Part shown: piece after piece, positions 1 through 9,207 of the stretch
Position numbering within the stretch: the stretch's first letter is position 1
How the letters are laid out: each line of letters starts with the position of its first letter
Assembly: GCA_009692605.1 (NCBI GenBank)
Contig: SHYV01000001.1
Span: forward strand, 1-56,614
Direction: 5' to 3'
Origin: Myxococcales bacterium
Lineage (GTDB): Bacteria; Myxococcota_A; UBA796; SXON01
DNA length: 56,614 nucleotides
Translations under genes and position numbers: made by a program
Notes under the pieces: generated by a model
Databases searched by the model: none
Told to the model about the DNA's origin: nothing
Seen by the model: the letters and a program-made list of their open reading frames with translations, nothing else

Positions 1-222
1 GCCTTCGCGCAATTCCTCTGGATGGCGCGAGCGGACACACCAGTCGAGCCGCACCTTGCCTACCCGTGGCTCGGGACGATCCTCCTTGGATTGCTTCCGG
101 CGCCGCTGCTGCGGGCCCGACAATGGCAGCTCGCCGGGCTGGCCTCCATCCCATTCGCGGTGCTCCCGTTCGCCCAGCTCTATAGGCTGTACCTCGCTGC
201 GACGCCGACGACGTTCGAGTGA
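1..222 (+). CDS. C-terminal fragment of a membrane protein (gene starts upstream of the window)
   Basis: Frame 1 is open from base 1 to the stop at 220-222. It has hydrophobic stretches (LGTILLGLLPAPLL, IPFAVLPFAQLY) and G/C-rich third positions. Confidence 0.35.
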   Translation, partial: AFAQFLWMARADTPVEPHLAYPWLGTILLGLLPAPLLRARQWQLAGLASIPFAVLPFAQLYRLYLAATPTTFE

Positions 223-291
223 GCCCTGACCGCGCTCGGGACACGCCGGCAACGGTCCGCCGTTGAACGGCGGGGGGCATGCCGATACAGC

Positions 292-1686
292 GTGAACATG
301 GAACGCCAGAGCGATCCCCCCGCGGCCTGGTCCCTTCGTTACGAAGGCGGCACGCTCGTGCTCGACGGCTGCGCGGAGGCCGACCTGCCCCCCGGCGTGG
401 AATGGGACCGGAGGATCGGGCGCGGACGCGCGCAGGCTGCGCTCTACGCGCCGGTGGTCCTCGCGGCGAGGGACCGCGGCGTGCCGCTGGAGGACCGGAC
501 ACGGGGCTACGAGAAGCTCGACACGCTGCGAGCGCTGACCTCCCGTGCGCCCCGCGAGTACCAGACGGAGGCCGTCGCCGCGTGGCGGGCCGCCCGCAAT
601 CAGGGCGTCATCGTGCTGCCCACCGGCGCAGGAAAGAGCTTCGTCGCCGAGCTGGCGATCCTGCAGGCGAAGCGCAGCACGCTGGTCGTCGTCCCCACGC
701 TTGACCTGCTCTCCCAGTGGTACGGCAACCTGCGCCGCGCGTTCGGCGAGGAGCTGATTGGCGCGCTGGGGGGCGGATCGCACCAGATCCGGCCGATCAC
801 GGTAGCCACCTACGACTCGGTGTTCATCCACATCGACCGCTACGGGGATCGCTTCGGCCTGGTCATCTGGGATGAGTGTCACCACCTGCCCGCGGCCGGC
901 TACGCCCACGCCGCGCGTTCGCTGATCGCCCCGTTCCGGCTCGGCCTGACCGCCACCCCGGAGCGGCCGGACGGCGCCCATGCGCGGTATGGCGAGCTGA
1001 TCGGCGAGATCGTCTTCCGGAAGGAGATCCCCGAATTGGCTGGGGATTTCCTCGCGCCCTACACCACCGAGGTGATCACGGTGTCGCTCTCGGACGCCGA
1101 GCGCGCCCGGCACGACGAATTGCGCGCCCGCTACAAGGACTTCCTCGACCAGAACCACATCCGCATCCGCTCGACCGAAGACTGGCAGCGGTTCATCATG
1201 CTGGCCTCGCGCTCGCAGGCCGGCCGCGCTGCGCACAAGGCCCACATGGAGTGCAAGCGCATCATCCAGGGCGGCGAGCGAAAACTCGCGATGGTGGCCG
1301 ACCTGCTCGCAGAGGAGTGGGGCCGACGGGCGATCGTCTTCACCAACGACAACGCCACCGCCATGCGGATCTCGCGCACGCTGCTGATCCCCTGCATCAC
1401 CCACCACACCGACGTGAAAGAGCGTCGACACTGGATCGAGGCGTTCACCAGGGGCGACGTTGGGGCGCTCGTCACCTCGAGGGTGCTCAACGAGGGCGTA
1501 GACATCCCGGACGCCGAAGTGGCCATCGTGGTCAGCGGCTCCGGGACGGTGCGCGAGAACGTTCAGCGGCTGGGGCGCATCCTGCGGCCGCGGGAGGGGA
1601 AGCAGGCCCGACTCTATGAGCTGGTGACCGAGAACACCGGGGAGACGTTCACCAGCGAACGCCGTCGGGATCACGCCGCGTTCTAA
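292..1686 (+). CDS. SF2 DNA helicase, XPB/ERCC3 (Ssl2)-like
   Basis: Walker A VLPTGAGKS, motif II DECHH, motif III TATPER, and second RecA-lobe motifs TSRVLNEGVDIP and QRLGRILR. GTG at 292, ATG at 298. Confidence 0.85.
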   Translation: MNMERQSDPPAAWSLRYEGGTLVLDGCAEADLPPGVEWDRRIGRGRAQAALYAPVVLAARDRGVPLEDRTRGYEKLDTLRALTSRAPREYQTEAVAAWRAARNQGVIVLPTGAGKSFVAELAILQAKRSTLVVVPTLDLLSQWYGNLRRAFGEELIGALGGGSHQIRPITVATYDSVFIHIDRYGDRFGLVIWDECHHLPAAGYAHAARSLIAPFRLGLTATPERPDGAHARYGELIGEIVFRKEIPELAGDFLAPYTTEVITVSLSDAERARHDELRARYKDFLDQNHIRIRSTEDWQRFIMLASRSQAGRAAHKAHMECKRIIQGGERKLAMVADLLAEEWGRRAIVFTNDNATAMRISRTLLIPCITHHTDVKERRHWIEAFTRGDVGALVTSRVLNEGVDIPDAEVAIVVSGSGTVRENVQRLGRILRPREGKQARLYELVTENTGETFTSERRRDHAAF

Positions 1687-1687
1687 G

Positions 1688-2392
1688 CTACCTCACCCAC
1701 ACGCCGTCGATCTTCTTCTCGTTGGGAGAGTAGTGGTCCTTGTAGTTCAGGTGGTTGCAGTCCTTGACGTAGTAACCAAGGTAGTACCACTTGAAATTAT
1801 TTACCCTGCACCACGCCAACTCCCAAAGCACCGAGTAGACGCCCATGGAGCGGTTGGAGTCTTCGGGGTCGAAGTAGTGGTACACGCTCGACACGCTCGT
1901 CTCGCCAAGATCGAGGATTGAAACCGCGATCATCCGCTCCCCGACGAAGTACTGGGCCTCCACGGTGTCCACGCAGGTGTCGACCAGCCAGCGGCGGTAC
2001 CCTTCCTCGTCGAGCGGCTCGCCGGAGCGCGACAACCCGCGGCCGATCTTGTGCCGGTTGTAGAGATCGAGGTGCCGCGGGGTGCAGTCCGGCGGGAGGA
2101 TGCGAACGGTGACATCCTGGTTCTTGCGCACGCTGCGCCGCTGGGAGGTCGTGGCCGAAAACTCGGCGATGGGCACACGGAGGGGCCGGCACTCGCTGCA
2201 GGAACCACAGGAGGCGCGGTACAGGAAGCGGCCAGAGCGGCGGTCGCCCTCCTCGAGCAGCACGTCGAACTCTGCGGGCTTCACCATGCGGTCCGCCACC
2301 CGCAGCGGCAGGCGCGCCTCGCGGTTGGGCAGGTAAGGGCAGGCCTCCGGACGGTCCCAGATGACGCGCATCCGTGGACCGGCCGGGGTCAA
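1688..2392 (-). CDS. bpt: Arginyl/leucyl-tRNA--protein transferase (ATE/Bpt family, N-degron pathway)
   Basis: N-terminal CPYLP motif, a CGSCSEC cysteine cluster, and C-terminal YYLGYY / HLNYK motifs typical of ATE_N + ATE_C. TTG at 2392, alternative ATG at 2371. Confidence 0.8.
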   Translation of the reverse strand: MTPAGPRMRVIWDRPEACPYLPNREARLPLRVADRMVKPAEFDVLLEEGDRRSGRFLYRASCGSCSECRPLRVPIAEFSATTSQRRSVRKNQDVTVRILPPDCTPRHLDLYNRHKIGRGLSRSGEPLDEEGYRRWLVDTCVDTVEAQYFVGERMIAVSILDLGETSVSSVYHYFDPEDSNRSMGVYSVLWELAWCRVNNFKWYYLGYYVKDCNHLNYKDHYSPNEKKIDGVWVR

Positions 2393-3648
2393 AACAGCTC
2401 ACACGTGAACGGCAGCGTCGAGGCGTCGCCGTAGTCGTTCCAGTACCCGACCGCGCCGAAGTTGGTGCCGATGTTGTCTTCCCCGCCGGAGTCGTTGGGC
2501 TCACCCGAATACCAAGCGGAGTAGGTGAGCGGTGAGCCGTCGACCCAGACCCAGGTCCCTTCGGAGTCGCGGTCGTTGAGCCCGATCCAAGAGGCGCCGC
2601 CGAAGTAGCTGTAGTAGGCCGTGGTGCTGACGCCGAAGTTCTCGGTGGCGTCATTCATGATCACCAGCTGCTCGCCGAACGCGGCGCAGATGTCGCGCGC
2701 GGTGGTCCACGACACGTAGTTGGTGCAATAGTCGTAATTGCCCTCCGCGTAGCAGTTGTAGCACTCGCGGAGCTCGTCCACGCTGCCATCGCAGTCGTTG
2801 TCCGCTCCGTCACAGGACTCCGGGCTGCCAGGAAACGTGGCGGCGACACCGTCGTCGCAGTCTCCATCGCAGAAGGTGTAGCCGTCGCCATCGGCGTCGG
2901 TGTCCTCGCTGGTGAGCGCATTGCAGTCGTTGTCGATGCCGTCAACGCACACCTCGACGTTGCCGAAGTAGCGGGCAGCGTCGGTGTCGTCGCAGTCCCC
3001 GCGGCAGGCGGACACCCCGTCGGCGTCGGCGTCGAAGCCCTCGTCGATCTCGCCGTCGCAGTCGTTGTCCTGCTCGTCGCACTCCTCAGGGTGGTTGGGC
3101 GCCCGGTCGGGGTCGGTGTCGTCGCAGTCCCCGCTGCACGCCGCCACGCCGTCTCCGTCGGCGTCGAAGTCCTCGTCCACCGCTCCATCGCAGTCGTTGT
3201 CCACTCCATCGCAGGGGTCGGGCGCGCCGGCATGGGTCGTCTCGTCCTCATCATCGCAGTCAAAACAGCCGTTTACGCCATCTCCGTCCCCATCTGCGAC
3301 GTCGTCGAGCGCGCCGGAGCAGTCATTGTCGAGGTCGTCGCCGCAGATCTCATCCGCGAAGGGGTTCACGGCTGCGTTGCCGTCGTCACAGTCGGCCTGC
3401 GGGCCCGGGCAGGTCAGGGTGCTGTCCCCGTCCATATCGAAATCTTCGTCGACAGCGTCATCACAGTCGTCGTCCTCGCCGTTGCAGACCTCGGTCGAAC
3501 CCGGAAACACGAGCGTATTGGAGTCGTTGCAGTCCTGATCGGCGTTCCAGCCGTCGCGGTCGGCGTCCGGGCTGCCGGAGTCGTCAGGGGGCCTGGAACA
3601 GGAGATCAGCGAGGGGATCAGCAAAGCGATCAGTGAGACGATGAGCAT
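2389..3648 (-). CDS. Secreted lipoprotein with six Cys/Asp-rich MopE-type putative metal-binding repeats and a C-terminal C-type lectin domain
   Basis: ATG at 3648 gives the lipoprotein signal MLIVSLIALLIPSLISC, 11 nt downstream of the kinase stop. Six repeats end in a DNDCDG-like core. The C-terminus reads WIGLNDRDSEGTWVWVDGSPLTYSAWYSGEPND...YWND (CTLD with EPN and WND motifs). Confidence 0.8.
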   Translation of the reverse strand: MLIVSLIALLIPSLISCSRPPDDSGSPDADRDGWNADQDCNDSNTLVFPGSTEVCNGEDDDCDDAVDEDFDMDGDSTLTCPGPQADCDDGNAAVNPFADEICGDDLDNDCSGALDDVADGDGDGVNGCFDCDDEDETTHAGAPDPCDGVDNDCDGAVDEDFDADGDGVAACSGDCDDTDPDRAPNHPEECDEQDNDCDGEIDEGFDADADGVSACRGDCDDTDAARYFGNVEVCVDGIDNDCNALTSEDTDADGDGYTFCDGDCDDGVAATFPGSPESCDGADNDCDGSVDELRECYNCYAEGNYDYCTNYVSWTTARDICAAFGEQLVIMNDATENFGVSTTAYYSYFGGASWIGLNDRDSEGTWVWVDGSPLTYSAWYSGEPNDSGGEDNIGTNFGAVGYWNDYGDASTLPFTCELF

Positions 3649-3658
3649 GCATCGGAGC

Positions 3659-6600
3659 CTATCCCTCCTGCGGCCCGGTCCCCCCGATCTCTCTCTCCAA
3701 CCCTCGCAGGCCCAGCCGCTCCGCCTCCGTGCGCACCTGCTCGAGCACATGGGCGATGTCCTCTCCACGCCGGTGGGCAAGCCGAGCCAGGAACAGCCGC
3801 CCCATCAGCGCAGTCTCGGCATCCCCCACCTGCTTGCAGGCGGCGACCGCACGGTTGAGCTCGAGCTCGGCGCCGCCCTCGGCCCGAAGCGCCCGCAAGT
3901 AGCAGAGGTAGACGTCGTTCATGGCGACGAACCGGCCAAGGCCGCTGGTTCGCGCGATCTCGCGGCTCTCTTCGAAGGCCGTAAAAGCGCGTCCGTCGTC
4001 GCCGAGCCGCATCCACGCATCGCCGATATTATGTAGGTTTACAGCCTCTCCCTGACGATATCCGAGCCCGGCGCGAACCTCGAGGGCCTTTCGGAACGCA
4101 TCAAGAGCGTCGTGGTAGCTCCCGCGCTGGAACGCCGCGAGCCCGAGGTTGTTGAGGATTCGCCCTTGAAGGATGCGGTCCTTTGCGGCCTCCGCGAGGG
4201 GCAGAGCGGCGCGCAACAGGGCCTCGGCGGTGTCCATCTCCCCCCGCCGAAGCGCCGCCACGGCCTGACCGACGTCGACGCGGGCGGCAAGAGAGGCGTC
4301 GTCCCCCGCCGCGACGAGACCCTCCGCGTACCGCTGCTGGGCCTCCTCGGGCTTCCCTTCCTGAAGGGCGATCGCGGCGAGCGCCTCAAGCGCATCCACG
4401 ACACGCGAGCGCTGCTCAGGCCCCGGCCCGCTGCTCCCCCCGGCGCCGCCCCCCCCGGCGAACGCCCGAGCGGCGAGCGTCTCCAGCGCGCTCTCCAAAT
4501 GCATGCGCGCCGTGCCCGTCCGCCCTTGAGCGTGGTGCAGTTTCCCCAGCGCCAGCATGGCCCGCGCCTCCACCTCGGGCGGCCCGATCTCGCCCGCGAT
4601 GTCCAACGCGACCTCCAGGTGCGCCAGCGTCCGCGGTCGTCCGAGCAACAAGCTGAGCTCGCCGGCCAAGAGGTGCAGGCTGGCCTCCAACATCGGGTCC
4701 TTCTCGGTCCGGGGGCCCCTCTCCAGCCAAGCGAGCGCACGCTGTAGGCACTCCAACGCCCGATCGCTGCGCTCGGCATGATGCTCAAGCTCCGCCACAC
4801 GAAGCAAGGAAGCCGCCGCGTCACGAATCCGCCCGCCGGCGTGCGCATGCGTCGCCCAGGCCTCGCCCATCGCGTCAAGGCGACCGGCGTACTGGCGCTC
4901 CATCCCAGAGGCTACCAATCGATGGTATTCGCGGCGCTGCACGGCGAGGATCCCGCGGAGCACCGCCTCCCAGATCAGCACGGAGCGAAAGGCGTATTGA
5001 GTGCCCGCCACCGGCGACTCCGGCGCGATCAGGCCGCCGCGCACAAGCTCCCCGACGATCGGAGTCGGGTCCTCGGCGCCGAGCGCCGCCCCGAGCAGGG
5101 CCGCCGAGAAGTCGAACCCGATGACCGCCGCCACCTGCAGCGCACCGCGCGCACCGGGCTCCAGCGCGTCAATGCGCGCGTCCACCAGGCCCTGCAGCGT
5201 ATCCGGCAGGCCGGGATCGAGGTGCGGGTCTTTCAGCCTCGCCGTAGAGCCCTCGTACCAAATGCGCCCGCCCTGACGAAGCGCCTTCAGGATCTCTTCC
5301 AGGTAAAGGGGATTTCCCTCCGCCGTCCGGAGCAGCAGCCGGGTGAGGTCGGGGCCAATCGCCGTAGCGCCGAGCAGCGCGCTCGCGAACTGGCCAGCCT
5401 GCTCAGGCGGCAGCGGGGCAAGCCGCACCGGGACGAGGCCGGAAAATCGGGCGCCATCCTCGTCAGTGCGCCACGAGGCAAGGAGCATGACCGGCTGGCC
5501 GACGCACACGCGCAGGAGATGGGCAAAGAGCTCGGCCTCGGCATCATCGAGATGCTGCACGTCTTCGAGCATGAGCATCACCGGTCCCTCCCTGCAGATC
5601 CCGGCGATGAGGTGAGCGCACGCCGAAAAAATCGCCTCACGCGGCGGAGGCGGGCGCCGGTGCGGGGCCCGGCGAGACGGCCCGGCCGCCGCAGCCTTCG
5701 GTGGCCCCAGCTCGAACTGGAACAGCGCCGAAATCACCGCAGACTCTGCGCCATCCAGGCCAAGCCCACCAAGCCGGGTCAGCCGCTCGGCCGTAACGGC
5801 CGCGGAGGCGCCATCCCGGATGCCAAGAATGTCGGCGAGGAGGTCGCGTGTCGCCGAGAAGGGCCTCGTGGAGAAGGGAGCCGCGCGTGCGTGGAAGTTA
5901 AGCAGGCTGCGCCGCTGCGCGAGGTCGCGCAGCTCCGCAAAGAAGCGGCTCTTTCCGACGCCCGCCTCCCCAACCACGCAGAGGCTGGTGCCAAGCCCAT
6001 CCCGAAGGCGGGCGATGGCGTCGCGCATCACCTCCAGCTCGTCGGCCCGGCGCAACCATCCCCCGCTGCTCCCACGCCCCCCCGCCCGACGCCCCCCCGC
6101 GAGCACAAAGGTGCGCTGCATCGCCCGGCCCCCCTTGCGACGTAGGGCCGGTCCCGGCTCGAACGGGTACCGGTCCCCGGCGAGCGCCGCGACCTTCTCA
6201 CTCACCAGCGTGGTCCCCGGCTCCGCTGCCCAGGCCAGCCGCTGCGGCATCTTGAGCGTGTCCCCATGCGCCGCGTAGCGGTAGCGGTTGCCGATCGGGC
6301 GCGCCACCGTGAGGTCCCCGACATGCACGGCGATGGCGAACTCGACGGCGAGCCCCTTCTTGCGCTGGCGCTCGGCCAGCCGGTGGAGCTCGCCCGCGCA
6401 GATCAACGCGCGGTCGAGGTCGTCCCCCAACGAACGCGGAAGACCGAAGAACACTCGCAGCGTGTCGTCATCGTAACGATCGGCCACCCCGCCCAACCGA
6501 ACAACGAGCTCCCGCACCCCGCGCAGCATCCGAATGTGGATGCGCGCGATGTCCTCCGACTCGGCGTTCACCGAGTGGTCGGTCAGGCCATTGGCCTCGG

Positions 6601-7756
6601 CGGTCAGGACCACGATCGACCGATGCTCGCCCGACGGGGTGCTTCGGAACGCAGGGGTCTCCTGATGGCTGACCGCGGTGTCGAGTATGGACATCGCCGA
6701 CCGGTCCGGCTCGACGCCGGTGTGCATCGCGTCCAGATCCGCGACCAGCTGCCGAAGGCCGGCGTCCATCCTTCCCCCGAGCGCCTCATTCGGGAACAAG
6801 TCCTTCATCAGGGCGGCGATCTGCGCTCCGCCCGCACGTGCGGCGTGCCGGTACTGGAACGCGCGCAGGTCCTCATCCAGCTCCGTGCCGGTCGGGTAGC
6901 GGGCGTTGACGTCCAGCGCCAGCGCCCGATGAACGATGGCGACGAGGTCGTCGGGCACGTCGGGGTTGAGGGCCTGAAGGTCCGGGAGCACCCCCGAGGT
7001 CAAGGCCCGAAGCTTGTCCTCAGGGGTGCCTTCGTAGAGCCGCCGGCCGGCGAGCATCTCATACAGCACGATTCCAACCGCGTAGAGATCGGATCGGCCG
7101 TCGAGGCGCTCGCCATTCGCTTGCTCGGGCGACATGTAAGCGAACTTCCCGCCGCGGGGTGGGTCGGCAGCCGCCGAAACGCCCACGTGCTGGGTCGCCA
7201 GAGAATGGGGGTCCACCCCCTCGGTCTCGGGCGTGGCGGCGAGCCGGGCGATCCCGAAATCGACCAGCTTGACCTCTCCCTCGAAGCTGACCATCACGTT
7301 GTGGGGGCTGACGTCGCGATGGACGATCTGCAGCGGAACGCCCTCGGCGGTGCGCCGGGAGTGCGCATAGGCGAGCCCGCGGGAGATCGCGGCGCCGATC
7401 GCGACGGCGACCGCGACAGGCATTCGCCGCTCATCCCGCCGCAGCGCCCGGAGCACGTGGGTGAGGTCCGCCCCGTGGATGAACTCCATCGCGAGGTAGG
7501 GATCGTCGTCGACCTTCCCGAGCTCGAAGACCTGCACGATGTTGGGATGGGTCAGGGCGACCGAGAGCTTGGCTTCGTGGATGAACAGGCTGACGAAGCG
7601 CGGGTTGCGGGCCAGATCGGGGAGAATCCGCTTGATCACCAGCCGCTTCTCAAACCCCTCCAGACCGACACTTCGTGCCAGAAAAACCTCAGCCATGCCC
7701 CCTTGGGCAAGCGGCTCCAAAAGCTGGTAACGGCCAAACGGCCGCGGAAATTCCAT
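3659..7756 (-). CDS. Multidomain Ser/Thr protein kinase (Hanks kinase, cyclase-homology-like domain, P-loop AAA/STAND ATPase, TPR repeats)
   Basis: Kinase motifs GGMAEVFLA, HRDVSPHN, DFG and SPE. A class III cyclase-like block starts at SIVVLTAEANG. P-loop GEAGVGKSRF. The C-terminal third has TPR-like repeats. ATG at 7756. Confidence 0.9.
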   Translation of the reverse strand: MEFPRPFGRYQLLEPLAQGGMAEVFLARSVGLEGFEKRLVIKRILPDLARNPRFVSLFIHEAKLSVALTHPNIVQVFELGKVDDDPYLAMEFIHGADLTHVLRALRRDERRMPVAVAVAIGAAISRGLAYAHSRRTAEGVPLQIVHRDVSPHNVMVSFEGEVKLVDFGIARLAATPETEGVDPHSLATQHVGVSAAADPPRGGKFAYMSPEQANGERLDGRSDLYAVGIVLYEMLAGRRLYEGTPEDKLRALTSGVLPDLQALNPDVPDDLVAIVHRALALDVNARYPTGTELDEDLRAFQYRHAARAGGAQIAALMKDLFPNEALGGRMDAGLRQLVADLDAMHTGVEPDRSAMSILDTAVSHQETPAFRSTPSGEHRSIVVLTAEANGLTDHSVNAESEDIARIHIRMLRGVRELVVRLGGVADRYDDDTLRVFFGLPRSLGDDLDRALICAGELHRLAERQRKKGLAVEFAIAVHVGDLTVARPIGNRYRYAAHGDTLKMPQRLAWAAEPGTTLVSEKVAALAGDRYPFEPGPALRRKGGRAMQRTFVLAGGRRAGGRGSSGGWLRRADELEVMRDAIARLRDGLGTSLCVVGEAGVGKSRFFAELRDLAQRRSLLNFHARAAPFSTRPFSATRDLLADILGIRDGASAAVTAERLTRLGGLGLDGAESAVISALFQFELGPPKAAAAGPSRRAPHRRPPPPREAIFSACAHLIAGICREGPVMLMLEDVQHLDDAEAELFAHLLRVCVGQPVMLLASWRTDEDGARFSGLVPVRLAPLPPEQAGQFASALLGATAIGPDLTRLLLRTAEGNPLYLEEILKALRQGGRIWYEGSTARLKDPHLDPGLPDTLQGLVDARIDALEPGARGALQVAAVIGFDFSAALLGAALGAEDPTPIVGELVRGGLIAPESPVAGTQYAFRSVLIWEAVLRGILAVQRREYHRLVASGMERQYAGRLDAMGEAWATHAHAGGRIRDAAASLLRVAELEHHAERSDRALECLQRALAWLERGPRTEKDPMLEASLHLLAGELSLLLGRPRTLAHLEVALDIAGEIGPPEVEARAMLALGKLHHAQGRTGTARMHLESALETLAARAFAGGGGAGGSSGPGPEQRSRVVDALEALAAIALQEGKPEEAQQRYAEGLVAAGDDASLAARVDVGQAVAALRRGEMDTAEALLRAALPLAEAAKDRILQGRILNNLGLAAFQRGSYHDALDAFRKALEVRAGLGYRQGEAVNLHNIGDAWMRLGDDGRAFTAFEESREIARTSGLGRFVAMNDVYLCYLRALRAEGGAELELNRAVAACKQVGDAETALMGRLFLARLAHRRGEDIAHVLEQVRTEAERLGLRGLEREIGGTGPQEG

Positions 7757-7820
7757 CGCGGTTTTTTGTATGCTGCGCCGTCGCCTGAGTCACGCGGCGA
7801 GCGGGCTGGATGGGTGGGAG

Positions 7821-9023
7821 TCACGCGCGCGATTCGATCGGGATGGCGGCCGGGAGGGCGGCCGGGAGGGCGGCCAGCAGCCCCGCCGCCAACATCGCCA
7901 GCCCAGCGCCAACCCCGAGCGCGACCGCCGGGCCGGCGAAGCCCCACAGGCCCCCAACCAGCAGCGACGCCGGCAGCGCCATCGCCCCGGTGACGACGCC
8001 GTACCAACCGTAGGCCGTGCCGCGCAGAGCCGCCGGCACCACGTCGCGAACCAACGCCTTCTCCACCGGTTCGGTCAGGCCAAAATAAGCCCCGTAGGCC
8101 CCGAACAGCGCCCACGCCTGCCAAGACGCCGTCGCGACCCCGAAGAGCAGGTAGACGCAGCCATAGACCACCCAGCCGGCGATGATCGTGGTTCGGCGAG
8201 GCAGGGCGTCACCGAGCCAGCCGCCAAACGCGGACCACCCCACCTTGGACACATGGAAAAAGCTCCAGAGCAACGGGATGCTGGCATCTGCCACGCCGAG
8301 ATCCCGGGCGCGGAGCAAAAGGAACGCATCCGACGAATTGCCAAGCCCGAACAGGGCGAACACACCAAGCAGCCGCCAGAACCCAGCCGGGAGCGCGACC
8401 GGCCCGGCGAGAACATCGCCGGTTGGGCCAACCGATGGCCCACCGGGACCAGGGTTAGTTGGGGGACGCTCCTTCAGCATCGCGGTGGTGGCGAACGCGA
8501 GGACTCCGGGCACGGCCGCGCACAGGAACACCGTGCGCAGGGACATACCGCTGGCCAAGAGCGCGGCGGCGATCAGCGGGCCCACGACCGCTCCCGCGTG
8601 ATCCATGCCGCGATGGAAGCCAAACGCACGCGCCGCCTGACCTTCTTCGGCGGCGTCGGCGATCAGGGCGTCCCGCGGCGCCCCACGCACCCCCTTGCCC
8701 ACCCGGTCGGTCAGCCGGATCAGCAGGACGTGCCATGGCGCCGCTGCGAAGGCCATGAGCGGCCGAACCGCACCAGCGAGCCCGTACCCAACCATGATCA
8801 GCGGCTTGCGCGCGCCCACCCGGTCCGAGAGCCGACCCGCGATGAGCTTCAGCGCGCTGGAGACGACGTCGGCCGCTCCTTCCACGACGCCGAGGAACAC
8901 GGGGGTCACACCCACCGTGCCGATCAGGAACAGGGGCAGCAGCGGGAAGATCATCTCCGAGCCGGCGTCGGTGAAGAAGCTGGTGAGGCCGAGGAGGATC
9001 ACCGTCGGAGGGAGCGGGCGCAC
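7821..9023 (-). CDS. MFS transporter
   Basis: About 12 hydrophobic segments and an MFS motif-A-like loop GRLSDRVGARKP. GTG start at 9023. Confidence 0.8.
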   Translation of the reverse strand: MRPLPPTVILLGLTSFFTDAGSEMIFPLLPLFLIGTVGVTPVFLGVVEGAADVVSSALKLIAGRLSDRVGARKPLIMVGYGLAGAVRPLMAFAAAPWHVLLIRLTDRVGKGVRGAPRDALIADAAEEGQAARAFGFHRGMDHAGAVVGPLIAAALLASGMSLRTVFLCAAVPGVLAFATTAMLKERPPTNPGPGGPSVGPTGDVLAGPVALPAGFWRLLGVFALFGLGNSSDAFLLLRARDLGVADASIPLLWSFFHVSKVGWSAFGGWLGDALPRRTTIIAGWVVYGCVYLLFGVATASWQAWALFGAYGAYFGLTEPVEKALVRDVVPAALRGTAYGWYGVVTGAMALPASLLVGGLWGFAGPAVALGVGAGLAMLAAGLLAALPAALPAAIPIESRA

Positions 9024-9207
9024 ACTCGGCAGGTATTCAAATCGGACGAAGCGGGCTTGACGTCCGCCGGAGTGACCACCGTCCGCCGGGGTTTCGTCGG
9101 ACGACCGTCAGCGGCGAATCAAGCCGAGATCCACAAGCCATAAACCCGCCTTCCTATCGCATAGTCTGTCAGAGCCCAGCCACGTCTGCCGTGGCACCCG
9201 CCTTGCG

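Noticed and set aside
4778-7993. Long plus-strand ORFs (4778-6145, 455 aa; 6266-7993, 575 aa) opposite the large kinase gene
   Set aside because: The translations are Arg/Pro/Gly/Ala-rich with no motifs. They lie entirely antisense to a gene with clear kinase, P-loop and TPR motifs. These are typical shadow ORFs of high-GC DNA.
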